A DNA stretch of 32,000 bases. Source: Desulfocapsa sulfexigens DSM 10523 (GTDB lineage: Bacteria; Desulfobacterota; Desulfobulbia; Desulfobulbales; Desulfocapsaceae). The notes below the pieces were generated by a model. That model saw nothing but the letters and a program-made list of their open reading frames with translations. It was not told where the DNA came from and searched no databases. Made by a program: the position numbers and the translations under genes. Within the stretch, counting starts at the first letter, position 1, and the number at the start of each line of letters is the position of its first letter. The stretch spans positions 4,752 through 36,751 of the forward strand of contig NC_020305.1 of the NCBI RefSeq assembly GCF_000341395.1, given 5' to 3'. This document shows, piece after piece, positions 25,516-32,000 of this stretch.

Positions 25516-26372
25516 AATTACCGATCATTCAATCACCCCAGCTCGTAAAGCAAACAGAAATAGCCCTGGCCTATGCCCTTTTTCAACGGGAAAGGCACGG
25601 TAAACGGCTGGAACAGGTTGTTTTAGCCCCTGAAAACAAGCGGGGATACCTTGGGGTGTCTTCAATTTCCACCCCGCCGTGTGTGCTGTATTACTCGCTG
25701 ACAAACGAGCCCAAGGAAGAAACGGATCTTCCTTCCCGCTTTGGATTTGATACCGGCCATATTTTAGAAGGATACGTTCTGGATCTGCTCCAGGCCGAGG
25801 AACGCCAGGGGGAATTATCCTGGCCGTATCTTCTCGCCCCTAGTGGGGTTATTAAGGGCCATTTTGATGGCAGGACGAAAAATCTTATGCAGGATGGGGC
25901 TTGTATTATCGAGGTGAAGGCCACCGGGGGGTATTCGTTCAACAAAAAAATAGAGGAAGGTGCAGACAACGGGCATATCGAACAGGCATTCGTTTACGCA
26001 GTCGGCAGCTCCTCCCCCTATTTCGTTATAATTTACTGCAATCGTGAAGCAAAGAAAAGCACTCCTTTTTATGCGGTGTTTGGTTTTCATATTCCGGACA
26101 TGATAGCGGCAAAAAAGGCGGTTCAGGATCTGTTCGCAGAAAGATTCGATCCCGTTTTGTTATCCCTGCACCATGAATTACGGCCGGATCAGCCGGAAAA
26201 ACCCCGTTGGGAGTTCGGCCCCAGGGGCTGGCGGTGCCGCCCCGATTCTTCGTACTTCACTAAAGGCGGGAAGGAAAATTTTACCGTTGGCTATTGCTCT
26301 TACCGGGGAACCTGTCCGGAAGGGCTGGCGTACCGCGAAATCGAAGAGGAAAGAAAGGTCGCAGCGGCATAA
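25512..26372 (+). CDS. PD-(D/E)XK nuclease-like (RecB/YqaJ/Cas4-type)
   Basis: RFGFDTGHILEGYVLDLL, VIKGHFDGRTKNLMQDGACIIEVKATGGYSFNKKI (D...ExK), HIEQAFVYAV (QxxxY-like). Confidence 0.75.
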   Translation: MKLPIIQSPQLVKQTEIALAYALFQRERHGKRLEQVVLAPENKRGYLGVSSISTPPCVLYYSLTNEPKEETDLPSRFGFDTGHILEGYVLDLLQAEERQGELSWPYLLAPSGVIKGHFDGRTKNLMQDGACIIEVKATGGYSFNKKIEEGADNGHIEQAFVYAVGSSSPYFVIIYCNREAKKSTPFYAVFGFHIPDMIAAKKAVQDLFAERFDPVLLSLHHELRPDQPEKPRWEFGPRGWRCRPDSSYFTKGGKENFTVGYCSYRGTCPEGLAYREIEEERKVAAA

Positions 26373-26428
26373 ATAAAAGCGTCGCCCTGGGCATTGCCCC
26401 AGGGCGACAGCACAGCGAGGCACAGATT

Positions 26429-27325
26429 ATGACTCTCTTTCAAAAAGCAGAACGAAAAAAAGCAAAACTCCGGCTCTCAATCGACGGGCCGAGCGGATCC
26501 GGGAAAACCCACTCCGGTTTACTGGTGGCCGGTGGCCTGGTACCGGATGGAAAAATATTTTTAATTGATACTGAGCGCGACAGCGCAACCCTGGAAACCG
26601 GAAAGCCGGGCATTCCTGATTTTTTCCACGCCCCCCTTACCCCACCGTTTACCCCGGCAAAGTATCGGGAATACATCGAGGCCGCAACTACGGAAGGGGC
26701 GGACGTAATTATAATTGATTCACTCTCTCATGCCTGGTCAGGCTCCGGGGGCGTGCTGGACATGCACGACACCGCAAGCAAGGCACAGCGGGGCGGGAAC
26801 AGCTGGGCCGCCTGGCGGGAAGTGACCCCGGAACACAACGCCCTGGTCGATGCAATTTTACAGGCCCCCTGCCATATCGTTTGCACTATGCGGACAAAAA
26901 CAGCATGGGAAGTGGTGGAAACCAGCAACGGCAAGAAGGCCCCGCAGAAAATAGGCCTCAAACCGGAACAGCGGGAAGGTATGGAATACGAGTTTACCCT
27001 TGTTCTGGATCTTGCCCTTGAAGGCCATATTGCAACGGCCAGCAAAGACCGAACATCCCTTTTCGATGGAAAACACTTTGTGCCTGGTATCGGAACTGGT
27101 GAAGAGTTGGCCGAGTGGTTGAACACTGGCCGGGATCCGGAAGAGATCAGCGCAGCAGCTCTCAAAAAACTGAAAGCTGCTGTCTCCAAAATTAAGGCCG
27201 TGCCCCATCTGGAAAACTGGTGGAAGGCGCATAGACCCGAGGCCGACAGACTGACCCCTGATGATCGGGAATGCCTGGTTACCCATTGTGCCGCCAGAAA
27301 AGAAAAGTTAATCGAAGAAGAATAA
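26429..27325 (+). CDS. Phage-type RecA-like nucleotide-binding protein (Sak4-like)
   Basis: LRLSIDGPSGSGKTHSGLLVAGGL Walker A, GKIFLIDTERDSATLE, ADVIIIDSLSHAWSG Walker B, HIVCTMRTKTAWEV. Confidence 0.8.
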   Translation: MTLFQKAERKKAKLRLSIDGPSGSGKTHSGLLVAGGLVPDGKIFLIDTERDSATLETGKPGIPDFFHAPLTPPFTPAKYREYIEAATTEGADVIIIDSLSHAWSGSGGVLDMHDTASKAQRGGNSWAAWREVTPEHNALVDAILQAPCHIVCTMRTKTAWEVVETSNGKKAPQKIGLKPEQREGMEYEFTLVLDLALEGHIATASKDRTSLFDGKHFVPGIGTGEELAEWLNTGRDPEEISAAALKKLKAAVSKIKAVPHLENWWKAHRPEADRLTPDDRECLVTHCAARKEKLIEEE

Positions 27326-27364
27326 AGAATATGGGGCGGGCAAACCGCCCCTGGAGGTGATAAG

Positions 27365-27595
27365 ATGATGGTTTATGACGTATTATTCAAACGCGGAGAA
27401 AATGAGGGCAAGGGAATCTGGATGAAATGTGGTATTGTCCTGCAGAAACCAAACGGCAAAATGAGCCTGAAACTTGATACTGTGCCGGTCGGTGGTGATT
27501 TTGACGGCTGGATGGTAATATCAGAGCGCAGGCAGAACAACAGCGAACAAGACAACGTGCCGGAGATCCCGCAGGGGCAGGACGTACCATTTTAG
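27365..27595 (+). CDS. Small protein with SSB-like C-terminal tip (…GQDVPF)
   Basis: 76 aa, KCGIVLQKPNGKMSLKLDTVPVGGDFDGWMVI, C-terminal EIPQGQDVPF resembling the SSB interaction tip (D-D-I-P-F type). Confidence 0.6.
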   Translation: MMVYDVLFKRGENEGKGIWMKCGIVLQKPNGKMSLKLDTVPVGGDFDGWMVISERRQNNSEQDNVPEIPQGQDVPF

Positions 27596-27606
27596 AGGAA
27601 GAGACC

Positions 27607-27927
27607 ATGGAGCAGATACCGCTTGATGAATATATAGCAGGAGTTGAAACCCTGGTGCCGCTGGCCCAGGGTGACACCGGAGGAGCCAGGGTTGCCGCCC
27701 AGGTACTTTTATCCGCCTATAACGGAGAGGATTACCAGCTCAACATTGTTGATTTGGGACTCCTGGACGAAAAGCATTACCAGGCAGCGTTGGCTGTGAT
27801 CCGGGGGAGGACAGAACTCCGGGCCGAACCTCACACCCTGATTTTTGATGGGGATAAGATATTCAAAACGTTGTGGCAGGACTGGAAGGGGTATCATGTC
27901 CAGCGACGAAGCCAGCTTTACGAGTAA
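27607..27927 (+). CDS. Small hypothetical protein
   Basis: 106-aa ORF closely following the previous gene on the same strand; conserved-looking acidic protein. Confidence 0.55.
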   Translation: MEQIPLDEYIAGVETLVPLAQGDTGGARVAAQVLLSAYNGEDYQLNIVDLGLLDEKHYQAALAVIRGRTELRAEPHTLIFDGDKIFKTLWQDWKGYHVQRRSQLYE

Positions 27928-28210
27928 AACGCGGCATGTTTTCTGTTGCTTACACCGGGCAGGGTATTCTCCTGCCCGGATAATCTGTTTCTGTTTAGGC
28001 GGCACTACTTATATTTAGGAATAAGGTAACATCTACATATCGCATTCCATGTTTCCTTGCCGTTGGATTCATTCTCAACAGTGTGATAAATATGCTTGTG
28101 TAACCATTTATTGCGCTTACACTGAATCGGCCACCGACTTTCTATTTTACCCTTCTTGATATATGTTATGATGGAAAATACTAAACAAATTATTGCATAG
28201 GAGATACATT

Positions 28211-28654
28211 ATGAAAAAGGTAATCTTCATAGTAAGTATATTGGCAATGCTTACGGTATCAGCAATAGCACGTACTTGGTATGATGAAGATGGTAATGTA
28301 ATTTCTGGTTCAATATCATCCGATGGCGTTTTCCTTACAGAGAAAGAAATTGCAGAAATTGAGGCAAAAGAAGCTGAAGCTCGAAGAAAACTGTCTGAAT
28401 CCACGGTTACTACCAAGAAGACTAAAGAAAGAAATTATACCTCTCCATCTTCTGGTAATTTCACTCGATCTTATAGTTCAGTAAAGGCTTGTTATGATAT
28501 AGCTGCTATGGCCCACCTGACTGCTATCAGGGATTCGTCTGTCAAAGAATCCAATTATGAGCATGGTGTGGCGACAATAGAGTTTAAAAGTGGTAGGATG
28601 GTTAACTATACTTGCCTTGACAATGTTCTCATGTTTACGGAAATACACAAATAA
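28211..28654 (+). CDS. Secreted hypothetical protein
   Basis: MKKVIFIVSILAMLTVSAIA signal peptide and YDEDGNVISGSISSDGVFLTEKE. Confidence 0.65.
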   Translation: MKKVIFIVSILAMLTVSAIARTWYDEDGNVISGSISSDGVFLTEKEIAEIEAKEAEARRKLSESTVTTKKTKERNYTSPSSGNFTRSYSSVKACYDIAAMAHLTAIRDSSVKESNYEHGVATIEFKSGRMVNYTCLDNVLMFTEIHK

Positions 28655-28915
28655 TTACAAAATCAATGGCTATTTAAATGCGGTTTCTCGGGAGTGAGCA
28701 CAATCCTGAGACAACCACCCAAAGTAGCACGATGTTATTGTAATGATTACCGGCCGTTTGAATAACCAGTGGAAATCTTATTGATTCCATCAAATTTTTA
28801 TATATTAACTTACTACCGTATCAACGAACCATCACTCAAGTTGAGTCTGCATTGAATTCCTGTCAGATGCCTTACTGGAGAGAGTAACACAAACGAAGGT
28901 TTACGTTACCACCCG

Positions 28916-28942
28916 GCCCGGATCTCCGAGCCGGGCTTTTTT
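28916..28942 (+). terminator. Rho-independent terminator-like hairpin
   Basis: gcccgg-atctccgag-ccgggc followed by tttttt. Confidence 0.65.
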
Positions 28943-29123
28943 AGCTGTTATTCGGTAACGAAACTCAGTAAAGTAATCTAAGTAATGTTTTGAACCAGTT
29001 TTACGGGTTGCGTTACCATTTTGAGCAGACATCGAGGGTGCCGCCGGTCAGATCCGGACAAAAAACCTTCTCCCGGGTTGTGCCGGCAGCTGTTATGGAT
29101 AAGTAAAGTTATGAGGTAACGAA

Positions 29124-29675
29124 ATGAAAATAGGATACGCCCGAGTGAGCACCGGGGATCAAAACCCTGAGCTGCAGATCGACGCATTAGAAAAAGCAGG
29201 CTGTGAAAAAATATACACCGACAAAATCAGTGGAGCCAAAACGGACAGGCCAAACCTGAAAGATGCCCTGGGATATGTGCGGAAGGGTGATTGTCTGGTT
29301 GTCTGGCGGCTGGATCGTTTGGGCCGGAGCCTGAAACATCTGATAGAGGTTGTGGAAGGGCTGGAAGCCCAGGGAACGGGGTTTATTTCTTTGCAGGAAG
29401 GATTTGACACTACTTCCAGCGGCGGCAAGCTGGTTTTCCAGATTTTTGGAGCGCTGGCCGAATTTGAACGAAACCTGATCCGGGAGCGGACAAAGGCCGG
29501 ACTGGAGGCAGCCAGGGCCAGGGGCAGGGTAGGAGGAAGAAAGGCCAAGCTGGACAGTGACCAGGTGGGCACACTCAAGGCCATGCACGAAAGCCGGAAG
29601 CATACCATCAAAGAGATATGCTCTGTTTTTGGAATCTCGAAGCCGACTTTTTACAGATATCTGGAGGCTGAGTAA
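29124..29675 (+). CDS. Serine recombinase (resolvase/invertase family)
   Basis: MKIGYARVSTGDQNPELQIDALEKAGCEKIYTDKISGAK...DCLVVWRLDRLGRSLKHLIEVV...ALAEFERNLIRERTKAGLEAARARGRVGG plus C-terminal HTH. Confidence 0.95.
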   Translation: MKIGYARVSTGDQNPELQIDALEKAGCEKIYTDKISGAKTDRPNLKDALGYVRKGDCLVVWRLDRLGRSLKHLIEVVEGLEAQGTGFISLQEGFDTTSSGGKLVFQIFGALAEFERNLIRERTKAGLEAARARGRVGGRKAKLDSDQVGTLKAMHESRKHTIKEICSVFGISKPTFYRYLEAE

Positions 29676-30013
29676 TGGAACTGACAGAAAAAGATGCAGC
29701 TATTGCCTATGCAAAGGCATGGAATGCACTGGATTGCAGTGATTTTCTCGAATTGCTGGCTGATGACTGCACCTACGAATCTCAATGGGTAACCAGCGCA
29801 CTGGAAGGTAAGGAGGCAATCTCAAAATATCTTACCGGAAAAATGAAAACGGTAAAAACCGGGGGAGGGGCAACTGTACGTGCGGAACATGCACTTACCA
29901 CTGTTCCCGCATTTTTAAGAGAGGAAGGTCGCGATTGTGTCGTGTTAACCCAATGTATTGAGAAAGAAGTACAGGTTGCCATTCTTTTCGAAGTTGCAGA
30001 TGGAAAAATCTAA
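29675..30013 (+). CDS. SnoaL/NTF2-like protein
   Basis: AIAYAKAWNALDCSDFLELLADDCTYESQWVTSALEGKEAISKYL; start overlaps the recombinase stop. Confidence 0.75.
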   Translation: MELTEKDAAIAYAKAWNALDCSDFLELLADDCTYESQWVTSALEGKEAISKYLTGKMKTVKTGGGATVRAEHALTTVPAFLREEGRDCVVLTQCIEKEVQVAILFEVADGKI

Positions 30014-30410
30014 AGATATGATTGCTGTGCGCCGGAATTTTACCAGCCACAGGTAACTGGAGGCTGAATAAATAATTGATTTAATGGTGCTCATTTACAG
30101 TGAGCACCCATCTAGAAAATACTCAAAAAGTTTGCCCACTTTTCAAAGTGGCCGCCGGAGGCATCTGGAAGCAGTAAAAGTGGTTTTTTGTTGTGAGAAA
30201 GTTTTGCCAAAAACTTTTTTTGGAACAAAAAACCAACACGCCCCTCATCATTAAGAAAAATAGGTTCAGTCAAGTAAAAAAAGTTCCACTGAATTTGATT
30301 GAAAATCTATCCCTCGGTTGATCGATCAGGGATATTGAAACACTCTTTTTTTACTTTACTGGTTCTATTTTTTTTAATAGCCCCGCCGGGTCTTTTTCCG
30401 GCGGGAAACT

Positions 30411-30923
30411 TACCCCGGCCCGGAACACCTTGCCCAGATCTGACTTACCGGGCCGGGGCATAAGCGGGGCAGTATCCCGCGTCCACTGTGATTCGCGCAA
30501 GCGGACACTTACCGGTAAAACTGGCGTGAGCTTTTGCCCCTGAAACTCCATTTAATTGAAGCGGGAAGATGCAAAAGCCGTGACAGTTTTAACCGGAATC
30601 CGTGTCAGGTGTGGCCTCCGCGCTTTTGCGGTGGACACCACTTTAGGCAGGACTTGGGCTTACTCACCAAAGCCGGTACCGGACAGGCTCCCAGGTGTAG
30701 TTTCTGGGTGCGTGGCCGGAGAAAGGATCCTGGATCTGCCACGGATCGGGATCAGGTGTGGCCTCCGCACATTTTTATAGCGGGCGCAGTATTTTTTTGT
30801 GCCTGCTATAAAATATGTGCCGGTGGACACCACACTAAGCAGGTGGTGAATCTACAACCAGAGCGCACAGAGGCAGGGCTCCTGGCGTGTTGTTTTGCCA
30901 GGTGCACTGCCGAAGCTGGAAAC
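30411..30923. repeat. Right copy of the ~512-bp inverted repeat
   Basis: Reverse complement of 23853-24364 with few differences. ORF track entries at 23766..24242(-) and 30534..30986(+) give almost identical peptides. Confidence 0.93.
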
Positions 30924-31026
30924 CTTCAGGTAAGGGATCAACAAGAAGTTACGATCTTCGATCTGGCAATATTAACGTGTAAATGAGTATTGTGTTTGAA
31001 TGCATAAGCAGAAAGAAGAAAACAAG

Positions 31027-31113
31027 AAGAGACCTCCTGTGGTAGAATTAGCTTAGGAGCTGACCGTGACAGCATAAAGCCGCACAGAATCATTAGCCAC
31101 AAGGAGGTCTCTT
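31027..31113 (+). promoter_or_regulatory. Leader hairpin sequestering the IS110 transposase RBS
   Basis: aagagacctcctgtgg (31027-31042) pairs with ccacaaggaggtctctt (31097-31113), directly before ATG 31114. Confidence 0.65.
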
Positions 31114-32000
31114 ATGAACAGTATGCATTATATTGGATTTGACATCCACAAAAAGGTTATCAGTTTCTGTGAAAAGCGGATTGATGGAACTACTGTGGAT
31201 CAAGGAATGATTCGAGCCACGCGAGACAGTTTAACTGATTGGGTTGCAAAACGAGAAACCTCTTGGGTTGGTGCAATGGAAGCCACTCTGTTTACCGGGT
31301 GGATATACGATTACCTGCTACCATATGCCCAGGAACTAAAAGTTGCTCACCCTGAGATGCTCAAGGCAATAACAGCCGCCAAGAAAAAAAATGACGCGGC
31401 CGATGCGGAGAAGATCGCAGATTTGCTTCGCTGCAACCTCCTCCCTGAATGCTACATGGCCCCGGAGGAACATCGCAACCTACGTCGCATTCTCCGTTAC
31501 CGGAACCTTTTAGTCAGAGAAGCGGCAAAGATGAAGACCAAGACTGCCACCCTTTTGATGGAAGTGGGAGCGGAGTATAACAAACGACGCCTTCACGGGA
31601 GTAAATATTTTCAGGAACTGCTCAGTACCCTGGAATATGTACCCGAATCGGTACTCAACCTTCTACAGATGAGCCGAAGCAGCATGGAATTCTTTGACAG
31701 AATGCAGAAATCACTTATCAGTGCACTTGGCAATAATCCGCAGATCAGTCAACGAGTTGAGTTATTAAGGAGTATCCGGGGTATTGGTGAGGTAACAGCT
31801 CTTACCTGGGTGCTTGAAATCGGAGATGTTTATCGATTTGGCCGTATCAACCAGGCGGTCAGTTACTGTGGACTATGTAGCGCACAGAAAGAATCAGCAG
31901 GGAAAGAGATTCGAGGACCGCTATCCAAGAAACGGAATAAACATTTACAGACCGTACTGATTGAGGCTGCCAAACTGGCGCCGCACTGGAACCCTCAATT
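31114..32000 (+). mobile_element. IS110-family transposase, truncated by the right window edge
   Basis: MNSMHYIGFDIHKKVISF...VGAMEATLFTGWIYDYL...KKKNDAADAEKIADLL (DEDD-type), C-terminal LLRSIRGIGEVTALTWVLEIGDVYRFGRINQAVSYCGL (Tnp_20-like). Stays open to 32000. Confidence 0.92.

Noticed and set aside
26728-27286. 153-aa and 142-aa minus-strand ORFs over the Sak4-like gene
   Set aside because: Antisense to a well supported CDS, Ser/Phe/Arg-rich shadow translations.
30086-30108. ggtgctca...tgagcacc palindrome downstream of the SnoaL-like gene
   Set aside because: Short stem without a T-tract or recurrence elsewhere; insufficient for a terminator or operator call.
30381-30405. cccgccgg-gtcttttt-ccggcggg hairpin as a terminator
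   Set aside because: No T-tract follows the stem on either strand; noted only as a hairpin at the edge of the right repeat.
1-32000. Retron, DGR, group II intron or CRISPR-Cas
   Set aside because: No reverse transcriptase motif (YxDD context), no template/variable repeat pair, no cas genes, and no regularly spaced direct repeats of CRISPR type. The 21-bp repeats next to rep are contiguous iterons without spacers.

Overview
The window looks like a mosaic plasmid or plasmid-derived replicon. From left to right it carries: (1) a compact plus-strand operon at 0.2-5.8 kb that looks biosynthetic: 2-hydroxyacid dehydrogenase, membrane-anchored PLD-like protein, GshB-like ATP-grasp ligase, C45-type NTN acyltransferase/hydrolase, and B12-binding-type radical SAM enzyme; (2) a ParA plus small DNA-binding partition pair; (3) an 894-aa minus-strand protein that appears to join an HsdR-N-like PD-(D/E)XK domain, a P-loop NTPase and a C-terminal S1 RNA-binding domain, a good candidate for an undescribed single-gene defence effector; (4) a Rep_3/RepB-type initiator with a 21-bp iteron array (plasmid origin); (5) a nuclease, an XRE regulator, a CHC2/TOPRIM primase-ATPase, a GGTGCA-rich intergenic block, and a tyrosine recombinase translationally coupled to a secreted protein, a membrane-tethered ATPase and a YdjM-like protein; (6) HU; (7) a complete BamHI-like type II R-M system (R, C and M) in which catalytic and base-contact residues recalled for BamHI are conserved; (8) a ~6 kb cargo flanked by ~512-bp near-identical inverted repeats that are full of internal hairpins. 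The cargo holds a PD-(D/E)XK nuclease, a RecA-like (Sak4-like) ATPase, a small protein with an SSB-like C-terminal tip, a serine recombinase and an NTF2/SnoaL-like protein; (9) the left end of an IS110-family element with a structured leader. All family assignments are from motif reading and memory, not database searches.
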